A stretch of DNA of 63,983 nt, filler included, from Lama guanicoe (lineage: Eukaryota): assembly GCA_013239625.1 (NCBI GenBank). It is 93 parts of 93 records of this genome, joined end to end, with 100 filler letters (N's around TTAATTAATTAA, not from the genome) between each part and the next. Parts side by side here need not be neighbours in the genome. Positions count along the whole stretch, not along the records: positions 48,557 to 49,285 come from PNXV01028718.1; positions 49,386 to 49,866 come from PNXV01028719.1; positions 49,967 to 50,599 come from PNXV01028720.1; positions 50,700 to 51,187 come from PNXV01028722.1; positions 51,288 to 51,803 come from PNXV01028723.1; positions 51,904 to 52,204 come from PNXV01028724.1; positions 52,305 to 52,769 come from PNXV01028726.1; positions 52,870 to 53,494 come from PNXV01028727.1; 85 more parts are not named here. One strand, written 5' to 3'. This document shows positions 48,457 to 61,636 of the stretch, piece by piece; positions within the stretch are counted from its first letter, which is position 1; every line of letters starts with the position of its first letter. Below the pieces are notes generated by a model. That model saw nothing but the letters and a program-made list of their open reading frames with translations, did not search any database and was not told the DNA's origin. Made by a program: the position numbers and the translations under genes.

Positions 48457-51400
48457 NNNNNNNNNNNNNNNNNNNNNNNNNNNNNNNNNNNNNNNNNNNN
48501 TTAATTAATTAANNNNNNNNNNNNNNNNNNNNNNNNNNNNNNNNNNNNNNNNNNNNGATGCCTTCTGCCCAAGAGGAAAAAGCTTTCCGAGGGAAGCCAA
48601 AGGGCGTCCTGTTCTGATTGGCAGCCTCCGTCTGCACTCGGATGCCTGCTCTCACCCGACGCAGAAGGCTGAGCAGGGATCTGGATCAGAACTGTTTGAA
48701 ATGCGACTGCAGGGAGACCAGACTGCATCGCCGTTATCTTCCTGCCAGTCATCCTCAGGGGAAATGCACTGAAGGTTTGGGAAGAAGCCTCAGCTCCTGG
48801 GCTGCCTCAGAGGTGGCCAGCTTTCTGTGCTGCCGACGGCAATGTGGCCGCCATATGCATTTTATGCCCGCACGTTGATTGGACCTGTTCCTGTTTGTTC
48901 TCCACAATCGCTGTCTGAATGGAAAATTAACAGAACCATATGCATTCACTTCACATTGTCCAGGATGGAAAACCCTGGTCATTTGTCCCAGAAGAGAAAT
49001 ATCTGTGAAGCCACCAGATACTAAGCCTTAAATGCCATGGAGCTGTGTAACCTCTGATGCACCAAAACGGTGAGGGAAGTGAGGCAAAAATGGAAAACAA
49101 ATTAGGATGTCTCTAAAAGACAGGCAAGCCGTTATTAACACAAGAATAAGATTAGACCTCAAGATTAGTTTTAGTTGTGACTTTGCCATCCATATTTCTC
49201 CCACAGTGAAGCCACATTAAGAACAGTAGATTAAATAATAAAGAATAATGGAAGAAGGTGTTGATTGCCATTTGTCACCCATAAGNNNNNNNNNNNNNNN
49301 NNNNNNNNNNNNNNNNNNNNNNNNNNNNNTTAATTAATTAANNNNNNNNNNNNNNNNNNNNNNNNNNNNNNNNNNNNNNNNNNNNTTTATAATAATGAAA
49401 AACTGGAAGCCACCTACATGTATAACAATAATAACCAATTAAGCATACTTTGGTATATTCATGCAATCGATAAAGACCAGCACCTGAAAGATGTTCACTA
49501 TGTGCCTAATTATATGCTGGAGGCTCTTAGCTTTCAAAAGTCTGCAAAATTTAGTTCCTAATTGCTAAAGGGAAAGTATTAACCTCAAAATAGTATGTAC
49601 AGAATGAGAGCACTTTTGTAAAAACTGCAAGAACATAAACCATATTATCTTTACAACTGGATAGTGGAACAAGGGTGGATTTGTTGTTTCCCTTTGTGCT
49701 TTTCTGTGTCGTCCAAGTTTTCTGCTTTGAAAACATACTGCTTCATCAGCAGGTGGGGAAAAAAAAACCATTCTAAAAACAAACACGTAAGAGCCAAATT
49801 CTCAACCATATAAGCACTGACTGCTAGAAGGTCCTACTTCCGATGTAAAATCCAAGAATCTTAAGCNNNNNNNNNNNNNNNNNNNNNNNNNNNNNNNNNN
49901 NNNNNNNNNNTTAATTAATTAANNNNNNNNNNNNNNNNNNNNNNNNNNNNNNNNNNNNNNNNNNNNGTTTCTTCTGATCATAATGTGCAATGATTTTACT
50001 AGGTTATCATTTTCTAATTGGAATTCCCGGGGAATAAAGTATGGACATGTTCAACTCCATTAGGTAACAGCCAGTACCCGTGTCTTCCGAATGCCCTCAA
50101 GCTGTCAGAACTCACCTTGCCTGAACACAGAGAGCTGAAATTTGTGAAAATTTACCAACATCTGAAAGATGTAGGGGTATAAATACTCTAGCTCGCAGCC
50201 ACTGTTTTGGACAGCCTGAGATGGGACTTGTCTCCAGAGCTGCTCTGTGGGGTCTGAGCCAAAGTCACGTTCACGGAATTGGGCTGGAGACCACACCCTG
50301 GCTTTCCTTCCATCTCACTTCCCACACCCTCGCTAGTTTCTCCAGGAACACTTTCGTCTTCCTGTGACTCCTCATCTTAGCAGAAATATATTCTGTACTT
50401 TTAAATGGATCAGTCCCTGAACGCTGATTTGTGAGATCAGACTGTATGATGGGAAATGCTAAGGGAAGTCAGAACCAAGAAGGGAGTCAGAGGATTAGCA
50501 TAGCATTAGTAAAATGTCCACACACAGAACTGAGCTGTTCACATCATCATCAGCATAGCTGGTCTTTTTTTTCCCCCAATATTTATCAATTACATTCTAN
50601 NNNNNNNNNNNNNNNNNNNNNNNNNNNNNNNNNNNNNNNNNNNTTAATTAATTAANNNNNNNNNNNNNNNNNNNNNNNNNNNNNNNNNNNNNNNNNNNNC
50701 ATCCATGTATTAGGTATTTGATTAATGAGAAATTATTAAATTTTAACAGTTAGGTTTGCATTTTAAGTACATACATTATAAAATGCCATGGTCTCTTTTC
50801 TGTAGTGTGAGTAAAATCCAAGCACCACAGTTGCTTCTACATCACACCTTTATTTTCCTCTTGGAAAAATCCCCAGCCCCACCATTAAATTAGATGATAC
50901 CTGGAAAGTAGGTTAATAGCAATTTAAAAGGCTGTTAAAAACAGGAGGTGGAAAAGACAAAATGAGAGGAAAGGGATTACTGATTACTAATTCTCTCTGG
51001 TTAAAGTGAACAGGGGGAGATATTATTGAAAGAATTCATCTTTATTAGAATAAAATTTTGCAGAAGGCACTGCCAAGATAATTTCAGTACTCTGGACAAC
51101 TCCTTGGCAAGCCACTAAACTCTCGTCAATCAATTATGTTAAGAGTATTTGGTTAATTAGAGTACCAGATTTTTTATAGAATGGTCTNNNNNNNNNNNNN
51201 NNNNNNNNNNNNNNNNNNNNNNNNNNNNNNNTTAATTAATTAANNNNNNNNNNNNNNNNNNNNNNNNNNNNNNNNNNNNNNNNNNNNCTGCCTTCCCCGG
51301 AGGACCATTCTCTCTTTTCCATCAAAGCCCTTCCCGGAGCCCGTCCTGCACCGCATGCCCGCAGCATTCTGTGCGGTGCTAATCTGATCAGCAGTTCCAT

Positions 51401-51903
51401 TTTGTGGCCTTGCTGCCCAGCTTGGCTGCTTGTTAGCAAGCAAGCTGAGAGGTGTGAGCGGATTTCTAGTGGCTTCGGCTACTTTGGCTGGAAGATCAAG
51501 AGGAATAGTGTGGGTAGATGTGCTTCTCAAATAATGCTCCCCCGAAACCTGTGTTGGCTGTCTTTGCGGAACAAACGGGTATCGCCAGTGTTACTGAGTT
51601 GAACTTTTCCCCTCTCCTGGTGGACAGCGTTCTCACTACACGGTTCTCTTGGGTGCAGTGAGACAAGTTAGAGCCATTTCTAGGAAACCCATGCTCTTCC
51701 CCTTGGCTTTTTAGAGAAAGAAAAACATTTTTGACATGAGCACAAAATAATGGGGTTGCAACGCCCCAGGCACAACTCAGTGTGGCACACTGGAGCCCAT
51801 GGANNNNNNNNNNNNNNNNNNNNNNNNNNNNNNNNNNNNNNNNNNNNTTAATTAATTAANNNNNNNNNNNNNNNNNNNNNNNNNNNNNNNNNNNNNNNNN
51901 NNN

Positions 51904-52135
51904 CCCCGCGCGCCCCTGGCCGCCAGGCTCGCTCTCGTGAGGGGGGGCCGGAGCACGGCCCGTCTCAGCCAGCGGGCGGGCCTCCACGCCAACGCCGCCG
52001 GGCGAGCCGCCCGACGGGCCGAGCGGGAGGGTCCCGGCCACCCCCAGCGGCCCCAGCGGCCCCTGCCCTGCCCACGCTGCGCCCCCTCACCTGGGTTACT
52101 CCTCCGTTAGGTTCGCTGCCTGGCTTCCCGGCTCT
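51904..52135. promoter_or_regulatory. CpG-island fragment
   Basis: Very high GC with dense CpGs and a GC box (GGGCGGG), dropping abruptly to AT-rich sequence after about 52140. Confidence 0.7.
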
Positions 52136-52304
52136 GGTCTTGTGTTCCAACAGTACATTTTTTCATGTTTCAAGCATAAATCAGATCACGCTGACACCCT
52201 CCTGNNNNNNNNNNNNNNNNNNNNNNNNNNNNNNNNNNNNNNNNNNNNTTAATTAATTAANNNNNNNNNNNNNNNNNNNNNNNNNNNNNNNNNNNNNNNN
52301 NNNN

Positions 52305-52769
52305 CATTCTATGTTCTAAATTCTATATTCAGTATTTTTATTCTATATTCAAACTTCTGTGTACTGCATTCCATGTTCTAAATTCTGGCTTCTATATTCT
52401 CTATAGTATATTGTATATTTTGTGTTTTCATTATGTATTCTACATTCTATATACTGCATTCGGCATTATATATTCTTTATACTGTGTCTTCATTCTATAT
52501 TATAACTTCTATATTCAGTATTCTGTATTCTATATTCTAAATTCTGTGTTCTGCATTCCATGTTGAAAATTCTGGGTTCAATATTCTTTATTCAATATTT
52601 TATATTCTGTGTTCTACATTCTATATTCTAAACTGTATATTCAGCTCTCTGTATACTATATTCTTAATTCTGTGTTCCGCATGATATGTTCAAAATTCTA
52701 TATTCAGTATTCTGTATTCAATATACGAAATTCTGTGTTCTGAATTCCATGTTCTAAATTCTGGGTTCT
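52305..52769. repeat. Same 7/63/189-bp satellite family as 8977-9412
   Basis: Unit starts at 52305, 52367, 52491, 52554, 52617, 52680 and 52743. Shares TTCTATATTCAGTATTCTGTATTC and CCATGTTCTAAATTCTGGGTTC-type blocks with the first fragment. Confidence 0.9.
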
Positions 52770-54266
52770 NNNNNNNNNNNNNNNNNNNNNNNNNNNNNNN
52801 NNNNNNNNNNNNNTTAATTAATTAANNNNNNNNNNNNNNNNNNNNNNNNNNNNNNNNNNNNNNNNNNNNGACTGATTTTCATTTCATGATTTTTTCCCTG
52901 AATGCTGCTTAATTCTTAGCACAAGATCTGAAAAGCAAAAGAGATGGAATGTTATTGCCAAACTGCAGTAGGCAGTAAATACAGATTTTTAATGATGGCA
53001 AAAAGTCCAACATTGTCTCCCCCAACAGAACAGCCTGTGGATTAAGGCAAGTTCCAGATCAGGAACTATCACTCACCAGTTTAACAAAGAGAAACAGAAT
53101 ATGTGAGCTTTCTTCCTTTGAGTTGAGATGTGACCCTCAGTGTTTGAAAATATTTAAACGTTTTGTGCTCCCTGAGAGAAGTAAGAAGGAATTTAACTGG
53201 CTGAATACAGCTATGTTTAAATATACATGCCCATATCCACCAAGACGTAGTCCTGTGTACATACACATCAACAAAACGTCACTCCCTTGATGACAGCTTG
53301 GTGAATATTTCTTTCCTTCAGCAAAATTCTGATGAACCCACATTTCAGGTTCACACAAACAAATCCCCCGTGGAAGGAATTTATTATTTGCACCATTATT
53401 AGTATTACTCCGCCCTGAGAACGATGCCTTCAAAAGATTCCATCGCCCTTTGTTGTGTGCGAGTGGATGTGATTTTGATTAGCCAAGCTGCACANNNNNN
53501 NNNNNNNNNNNNNNNNNNNNNNNNNNNNNNNNNNNNNNTTAATTAATTAANNNNNNNNNNNNNNNNNNNNNNNNNNNNNNNNNNNNNNNNNNNNTACAGC
53601 TTTGTGAAAAAAGGATTATATATTCAAACAAATTTGGAAATCAGTATGTAAGTTGTTCCTTTTTAAGGTTTGTAATAAAAATTTGAGTTTTAGGAATTTT
53701 AAGTCTGGCCATGGGGAAACCAATTTAAATGTCTGTGATACAGGTTTTGTCACGCTTGTGCACTGTAGAATCCCTCTCGTAGCTAATGCTTGGAAAAAAG
53801 CTCCTGTTACATTTTCAGGTGAAATACTTTTGGGGAAACACTGCTGCTTGTCCAGAACTAGTTTGTTAGAACTTTTTTCTTTGGTCATTTCTATGCTGTT
53901 AAAGCACAGCTCCATCAAACTGTGACACTCAGGTCACTTTCTTCATAACATTAGCAAGAGAGAGACTATTTCTCTTCTGACTGTCTTTTTCTACTCCCGC
54001 TTCTCAGTATCTCTGTCACTGACAGTACCAGACAGGAATTTTGAACTGACTGATACCGTATTTTGTGTGTTGCATTAATATTAAATAAATATTTTACTCA
54101 ACTCCTGTTATATATCTGGCATTGTTAGGTACTGGGAATATAACAATTAAAAAAAAGAGAATGATANNNNNNNNNNNNNNNNNNNNNNNNNNNNNNNNNN
54201 NNNNNNNNNNTTAATTAATTAANNNNNNNNNNNNNNNNNNNNNNNNNNNNNNNNNNNNNNNNNNNN

Positions 54267-54870
54267 AACACAACCTCACAAAATCTCTGGGATGCAGCAA
54301 AAGCAGTTCTAAGAGAGAAGTTCATAGTAATGTAGGATTCCACAAAAATAAAAGGAAAAATCTCAAACAAACCACCTAACATACCATGTAAAAGAATCAG
54401 AAAAAGAAGAACAAACAAAACCCAAAGTCAGTAGAAGGAAGGAAATAGTAAAGATCAGAGAGGAAATAAACAACATAGAGATTAAAAAAAAAAGAAAGGA
54501 TCAATAAAATCAAGAGCTAGGCTTTTGAAAAGCCAAACCAAATCAACAAGCCTCTAGACCAGCTCACCTAGAAGAAAAGGGAGAGGACCCAAATAAAATA
54601 AGAAATGAAAGAGGAGAAACAACTGATACCACAGAAATAGGAAAAAAACTGTAAGAGAATACTACGAATAGTTACATGCCAACAAATTAGACAATCTAGA
54701 AGAAATGGGTACGTTTTTAGAAACAGCCTGCCAAAACTGAGTCAAAAAAACAGATTAATTTGAATAGACCGATCAGTAGAAGCGAAATAGAATCTGTAAC
54801 AAAAACAAAACTCCCTGAAAACAAAATCCAGGGCTGAACAGCTTCACTGGGAAATTCTACCAAATAAACA
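54267..54870 (+). mobile_element. LINE-1 ORF2 fragment (between the endonuclease and RT domains)
   Basis: AAAATCTCTGGGATGCAGCAAAAGCAGTTCTAAGAGAGAAGTTCATAG...GCTTCACTGGGAAATTCTACCAAA. Confidence 0.93.
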
Positions 54871-55442
54871 NNNNNNNNNNNNNNNNNNNNNNNNNNNNNN
54901 NNNNNNNNNNNNNNTTAATTAATTAANNNNNNNNNNNNNNNNNNNNNNNNNNNNNNNNNNNNNNNNNNNNTGGATAATGGATTTGCTTATATGTTTGCTT
55001 AGCTGCTGCAGTCCTGTGCATGGCTTTCCTCCCCCAGTACTGCTCCAGGTGGATTCTGTGATGCTCGGAAGCATGACTTCTGGTTGAAGCCTGCCCCACG
55101 AAGGCTGCGGGTCCTCATATAGCCAGGTCCCCGGGGAGCTTGGGGGTCCCTGCATGAACAGCTTGTGGGGAAGGTCTCAGTTCTGCTGGTGGAGAGGGTA
55201 GGTGACTGGAGGCAGGGATTTTCCCTTCCCGTGCCCTCTCTGAGCCTCATGTTGTGACTCAGAGACTTCAGTGGCAGCCATGGCTTTTCAGGCACAAATC
55301 TTCATCAGAAATGAAAATGCTACTCTTGCAATCTTACAGTTTCCCAATAGTCATTTGTTGGAGTCGTGCTGGACTCGTAAGCTATCAAGCACAGGGAAAA
55401 GCCAATCTGCTTCATTGATTGTAAAATTTTATAATTGATTAC

Positions 55443-55522
55443 TGTTACTCCAAAATCATTCTGCTCACCACTTGACAGGCCAATAAATCAGGATGAGGTG
55501 TTGGGGCAAGGAATAGCGACTT
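55443..55522 (-). mobile_element. ERV LTR 3' terminus (antisense), cut at the fragment end
   Basis: TGTTAC...GCCAATAAATCAGGATGAGGTGTTGGGGCAAGGAATAGCGACTT resembles cetartiodactyl ERV1 LTR ends. Confidence 0.55.
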
Positions 55523-55649
55523 NNNNNNNNNNNNNNNNNNNNNNNNNNNNNNNNNNNNNNNNNNNNTTAATTAATTAANNNNNNNNNNNNNNNNNNNNNN
55601 NNNNNNNNNNNNNNNNNNNNNNCTGCATGAGGAAGACAGGAAGGAAGCT

Positions 55650-55815
55650 GTATTGAGTGCATAATGTGCCAGGAACCAGACAGGGCCATTCCTGAGACAA
55701 GCTTGAGGGGTAAGAGTGATTATCTGCGCTTTAAGAAGAGGCTTAGAGAGGTTAAGTCCCTGCCAGCTGGGGTGGGGCCAGGAGAAACGTGGGCTTCAGA
55801 CTCCAAAGTTACGGT
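55650..55815 (-). mobile_element. MIR SINE fragment
   Basis: TATTGAGTGC..AATGTGCCAGG...GAGGCTTAGAGAGGTTAAGT...CAGACTCCAAAG. Confidence 0.65.
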
Positions 55816-58227
55816 TTTTCACGGGGCCACACTGGCCAGCGTGAACCCAAACATAGGGAAAAAATTTAAATAAACAAGCCTAAAGCTGGGTGGTTCTGCA
55901 GTGGCATGGCAAAATGTTAAAGCTGATTCAGTAATTTAACAACTATTCACAGATCACTGAGATTCAAAGGTATAAATCAGAGGTTGCTTGGATAGGCTGG
56001 AAGCACAGTGCCTACTTAACAAGTATTAAAAGATTATTTCCGAAAAGGGATAGTCGTAACTCTCCTACAAATATAAAAATGAAAACATGCTAAAGTTTGA
56101 TTAANNNNNNNNNNNNNNNNNNNNNNNNNNNNNNNNNNNNNNNNNNNNTTAATTAATTAANNNNNNNNNNNNNNNNNNNNNNNNNNNNNNNNNNNNNNNN
56201 NNNNGACAGCACAATTTACTGTGTCATCCTGAGTGTCCTGTACCTTCTTGTACGGAGTTCCCCCTTTGCTCACTTGAAAACTGAGGTCACCACTGTCTAG
56301 GTAATTGCCTTCATCTGACAGAATAATAAAACTTTCATCATCTCCCCAAGAAGAAATGGTTACAGCCAAGACTGAACCTAGTTTAAGCCCCCGAGTTGTC
56401 AACAGGGGTGGAGCCCAGAAACTTGGAGGCCCCTCTGGCTTGTAAAGTTGCCAGTGGTTTTCACAAGAAAATTCAACTGTTCTGGAGCTCTTTTGGGGTT
56501 ATTTTATTGTTCTGGAGAAGCAACAGGTGATTTATCAGTATGAACCCGACTTCAAAGCATCCCTGACCTACTTTCACTTTCAATCTCACTCATACTAACA
56601 GAAACTAAATTTTCAGATTTGCCTTGTCCTTAAAGTGACACCAGAATTTGACATTAGTGNNNNNNNNNNNNNNNNNNNNNNNNNNNNNNNNNNNNNNNNN
56701 NNNTTAATTAATTAANNNNNNNNNNNNNNNNNNNNNNNNNNNNNNNNNNNNNNNNNNNNGGCTGTCCAGTAACCACTGGAGGACTTACTGAATCTTTTCA
56801 CGCAGTAATGTTTGTCTATTCTAGGTTTACTTCTACAACATGCTTGGTATATCATGTCAGAGTTATTACCTATTGTGACTTTTTTCCCTGCAAGGTATAT
56901 ATTCCATACATTTTTATTAAATTAGATATAATGTTTGCTGTCTTCTTTGAAATAGGGTCAATAATTATGTGTATAACAATTATGTGTAAAACTTTTTTGG
57001 GGTTGATTTTTTTAATCTTGTTTTCTATCCTACAGAAATAAAGTCCTCTGTCAGTTACACTATTGTTGTAATGAACTCTCATGAGACCTTTCACCCTTGA
57101 AAATTACCAGCAATTAATTAACCACAGCCTGTAAGTTTTTTTTTGTCATCTACAGATTTTTACTTGTTTCATTCTGTTGTTTCCTGAGAGCTTTTGTAAT
57201 CTGCTACAGTTCAGATTCCTTTATCTTCAACAAAGAAGGGCTCTCAGAGTCTTATGGAAAAAACTATGAAAGGTGCACTTGAAAACGGTCCTCTGATGGC
57301 ATCAGTTTGACAACTTTGAGACTGTATCTGTGAGCTGAGTCAGGATTTCCAGAACATTATTGGAGAAGTAGATGGGTTCACAACCAAGATGAAAGGTGAG
57401 TTAATTGTATAGAACTAGATGAACNNNNNNNNNNNNNNNNNNNNNNNNNNNNNNNNNNNNNNNNNNNNTTAATTAATTAANNNNNNNNNNNNNNNNNNNN
57501 NNNNNNNNNNNNNNNNNNNNNNNNTGGAAGACTTCAGAGCATCTTTATACCATCATCCTTAGCATGCAACTGTGTGTATATATATACATAAGTACATATA
57601 TTTATATATACACACACATACACACACTTGTATTTGTGTATATATATATTTATGGATTTCTAAGAGATAGTCCTGCATTTCCCATTTCCTTGTTTTTCTC
57701 TTTAGCCATAGCCCAGCTGCAGGACAAATCATCTTGTAATAACTCTATTAGTATATAATGATAGCTTATTTTAAATCACAGAGCTCTTTGTTTTCCACTC
57801 TGAGTTTTGCTACCTCTCTACCTGGTTAGGAATACAGCTGAGTTATTTTCTTCTATAATTTTTCATATTCTGTAAGCCCCCAACTCCTCTATTCTAGTGC
57901 CTTTACTCTTAAACACGACTCCAACTGCTGGGCACTGCTCAGTGTGGAGTAATATGTCATGGGCCTTTGCTGAGGCAGAAATGGCCTCATCAGTAGATCT
58001 CCTTTCTCTTCTAGGCACACAGTTAAACATCACTTCCAACCGAACTTTCTTAAGCTTGGCCAGGATACCCTGTTCGGCCAGTGGAACATGGGCAAAAGGA
58101 AAGAATGCTGCTTCTAGACCTGAACCAGCTCTTCCCTGCTCCCCTCCAACTGGAATCATATGACTTTCTACTCCCTTTATCCCTCATCTGTTGACAGGAT
58201 ACTGACATTCAGAAAAATTTTGGAAGC

Positions 58228-58406
58228 CATGTGTTAAGATAAAATACAGGAAAACCAGTTAAATCAGGACTGCAGATAAACCACATAATTTGTTAGTATA
58301 ACTACAATTTAAATATTGCATGGAAAATCTATGAAAAATTACTGTTGATTTGAAATTCACAGTTAACTGAGACTTGCATTTTTATTTGCCAAGTCTGGTA
58401 GCCCCA
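58228..58406 (+). mobile_element. MER3 hAT-Charlie MITE
   Basis: AGATAAAATACAGGA.AACCAGTTAAAT...CAGATAAAC...AAATATTGCATGG...TTTTTATTTGCCAAGTCTGGTAGCCC. Confidence 0.85.
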
Positions 58407-58603
58407 TCTATGTCACTATTGTAGCCTTGTTCAGTCTCTGATCTTGAAAGACTATGTGGAGCAGAGACCCTCTGCCAGCAAACTGTTTCCTCCACTGGAC
58501 TGTNNNNNNNNNNNNNNNNNNNNNNNNNNNNNNNNNNNNNNNNNNNNTTAATTAATTAANNNNNNNNNNNNNNNNNNNNNNNNNNNNNNNNNNNNNNNNN
58601 NNN

Positions 58604-58915
58604 ATGAAAAATATTAACCTAGTTGAAAAATGGGCAGAAGAACCAAATAGATGTTTTTCTGAAGAAGACAAGCAAATGGCCAAGAGGCACATTCACCATC
58701 GCTAATCATCAGGGGAATACAAATCAAAATCACACAAAGATGTCGCCTCACACCTGTTGGAATAGCAATCATCAAAAAGACAGAAGGTAGTGCCTGCTGG
58801 TGACCATGTGGAGCAAAGGGAACCCTTGTGCACTGCTTCTGGGAGTAACAGGAAGGCGCCATGGAAAACAGTATGGAGATTCCTCCAAAAATTAAAATAG
58901 AGCTACTATATGATC
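58604..58915 (+). mobile_element. LINE-1 ORF2 3' end fragment
   Basis: AAAAATGGGCAGAAGAACCAAATAGA...ATGGAAAACAGTATGGAGATTCCTCCAAAAATTAAAATAGAGCTAC. Confidence 0.9.
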
Positions 58916-59479
58916 CTCTCTTTTCTAATCTTTGGTTGTCTAGTTATTGATCGTCTTTGCAATTTTAAACAGTATATTTATAGCTATTTCTTGTTTCCAT
59001 GAACCATAATAAGTATACGGAATCTCCCCTAATGGAAGAAGCCTCTCTTACCTTCTGAGGTAGAAACTAGCCCAAATCCATTCCCTTTTTCTTCCACGGT
59101 AAACGGTTTTTTGGGATGTCGCTTCCCAGTTAANNNNNNNNNNNNNNNNNNNNNNNNNNNNNNNNNNNNNNNNNNNNTTAATTAATTAANNNNNNNNNNN
59201 NNNNNNNNNNNNNNNNNNNNNNNNNNNNNNNNNGATGATGTTACACCTGAGACCTTCCCTGAAGAGCCGAGCTAAGAGAATTCGTGTGTCAAAAGTTTCA
59301 AGCAGAATAAAGAGCAAGTTCCTAAAGCAGAAGCAAGCTCGATTAGATGCACGTGAGTCGGAGAGTGATGGATCTAGAAGAGTGAGTTGTAGAGAAATAT
59401 TCAAATACTCAGAGAAGGAGTCAAAAGATGGCTCCAGGAAATCTTTTAGACCAAAGCAAAGAATTTGGATTAAAAAAAA

Positions 59480-59705
59480 AAAGTACTTGGGAATGATTAC
59501 AGGGACTTAAAGGGGGCTGTGTGTTAGGATTATGAAAGATCGTCCCTTGAGAAGAAATTGAAAGGAGGCAGAGCTCACTTAGGGGTTCCTTCTAAGCATC
59601 CAGGGAAAAGCTAGTAATGACTTAGCCAAAGTAATGGTACTAGACATAAACGGACTTGCACAGATTTCAGAATATATATGGGAAGCAGAGCTAAGAGGGT
59701 TTACT
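59480..59705 (-). mobile_element. L2 fragment
   Basis: GACTTAGCCAAAGTAATGGTA...CAGATTTCAGAATATAT.TGGGAAGCAGAGCTAAGAGGGTTTACT resembles antisense L2. Confidence 0.5.
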
Positions 59706-60384
59706 TTGGAAATTATTAATTCTGTTTTGATAATAATATGTTTGAAATACTTATTTTTCAATACCTAGTCATACACATTTTGGTTAAAAGCAAAACAGTA
59801 GAATTCTGAGTATTCATATGAAAATTTGACCAAAGCTAAATATGAATATCATTCTAGGATATAAATATACAATTTTCTAAAAATTATATTATTGCCATAA
59901 TTTTCTCATTCAATTTTAATTGTTAAATTTTAAAAGTTTGAATTTTGTCACCAAAGTGAGTTTTCAGAAGTCACAGCTTTGTAAATTTCTGCTCAGTTTC
60001 AACTGAGGTCATTGAATGATTAAGATTTTTTGGTGAACATCATTTCTACCTATTTAAAAAATTTTTTTTTTATTCTTTATTTTCTATATGATGCCTGGAC
60101 TGGAAATAATTTNNNNNNNNNNNNNNNNNNNNNNNNNNNNNNNNNNNNNNNNNNNNTTAATTAATTAANNNNNNNNNNNNNNNNNNNNNNNNNNNNNNNN
60201 NNNNNNNNNNNNCTAGATGCTTAAAATATTATGAATAGAACACCTATATTCCTACAACTCATAATCATCAACTATTAGTTTTCTCAGATTTATTTCAGGC
60301 ATCTTTTAGAGACAATTTGCAGCCAGACTAGTGCATGGTAAGATCAACAGAAGAAAAACAAGATTGAAGAATATGCTGGATTTG

Positions 60385-60660
60385 AATCAAGATGGTAAAG
60401 GAGGAGGATGTAGAACTCATCTCCCCCAACAAACACATAAAAAATACAACTAATTGTAGAATAACTCTCACTGAAAACTAACTGGAGACTAGCAGAAAGA
60501 CTCCTGTATAACCATGACTATAAAAAGGATAAACTCAGAATCAGGAGGGGAAGAGAAGTGGTCAGGTGAGGACCTGTGCCCGTATGAGGGGATTCAGAAG
60601 AAAAGGAAGACTACCTGGGCTGAGATGTTCTGTGAGGAATGAGTGGTTCAAGCCACATAT
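60385..60660 (+). mobile_element. LINE-1 5' end (promoter region)
   Basis: TCAAGATGG (YY1-type L1 start motif) followed by GAACTCATCTCCCCC..CAAACACAT.AAAAATACA.CTA...GAATAACTCTCACTGAAAAC. Confidence 0.7.
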
Positions 60661-60760
60661 NNNNNNNNNNNNNNNNNNNNNNNNNNNNNNNNNNNNNNNN
60701 NNNNTTAATTAATTAANNNNNNNNNNNNNNNNNNNNNNNNNNNNNNNNNNNNNNNNNNNN

Positions 60761-60960
60761 CCTTCTGCTTTTGAGAACAGATATGATGACATTGGCTCCA
60801 CTGATTATCGAGAATAACTCCCCTATTTTAAAGTAAGCTGATAAATAATCTTAATTCCATCAGCAGAGTACCTTCAAAGCAGCACCTAGATTCATGTTTG
60901 ATGGAATAACCAAGAAATGGGAATCTCGGAGGGACGTATTTAGAATTCTGCACATCATAG
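60761..60960 (-). mobile_element. MaLR LTR (MLT1E-like)
   Basis: CCCTATTTTAAAGT.AGCTGAT...CAGCACCTAGATT..TGTTTGAT.GAATAACC...TTTAGAATTCTGC. Confidence 0.7.
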
Positions 60961-61442
60961 CCTGGTAATTGTTTTTGTATTAAGCATTTTTATATTGGAC
61001 AGCAATATACACACAAAATCATGTATTTTAGAGTATAAAAATACCTTCACATTTATTATAATATCGTGTTATTTTCTTATCTGTAAGAGATGGAGATAAT
61101 CATCCCCATCTCGCAGGTAAGGAAACAAAAGCCCTGAGCTAGAGAGTTTTGCTCAGATGCAGGAGACCTGTAATTTCAAGTATATTAGAGTTCCTCTCTT
61201 TGTAAATAACATTTGCTAGTCCTTAAATTAATAAAGATAAACAGGCCTTTATTTTATCCCTTCTTCTGTTTTAACTTATTCATATCATTGATATTATTAC
61301 TTCCTTATTCCTTCCTGATTTGTGAATCCTCCCAAATTAGAANNNNNNNNNNNNNNNNNNNNNNNNNNNNNNNNNNNNNNNNNNNNTTAATTAATTAANN
61401 NNNNNNNNNNNNNNNNNNNNNNNNNNNNNNNNNNNNNNNNNN

Positions 61443-61632
61443 TTAACCTGTAGGCTCTGATGCTATATATAGGTAGATGGCATCAGAATTTCGTTAATTT
61501 GTAGGACACCCAACTGGTATTAGAGAATAGCTTGGTGAGGGGGAAAAACCCACACATTTGGTGACCAGAAGTAAACTAAAGTAAGGTAGTAGTGTAAGAC
61601 TAAAGGAGAAACACAGGAGCAATGTGTTTTTC
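61443..61632 (+). mobile_element. MER21-like LTR 3' end
   Basis: TTAACCTGT.GG.TCTGATGCTA...GGTAGAT.G..TCAGAATT...TAGGACACCCA.CTGGT...CCCACACATTTGGTG..CAGAAGT. Confidence 0.8.
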
Positions 61633-61636
61633 GTAT

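Noticed and set aside
57205..57402. Possible exon ending at AAG|GTGAGT (about 57396)
   Set aside because: The donor is good, but the frames I translated from the nearest acceptor-like sites contain stops and no protein is recognisable.
59235..59510. K/R/S-rich 91-aa ORF resembling a basic nuclear protein
   Set aside because: It lies in purine-rich sequence adjoining an antisense L2 remnant, starts at the fragment edge and shows no family similarity.
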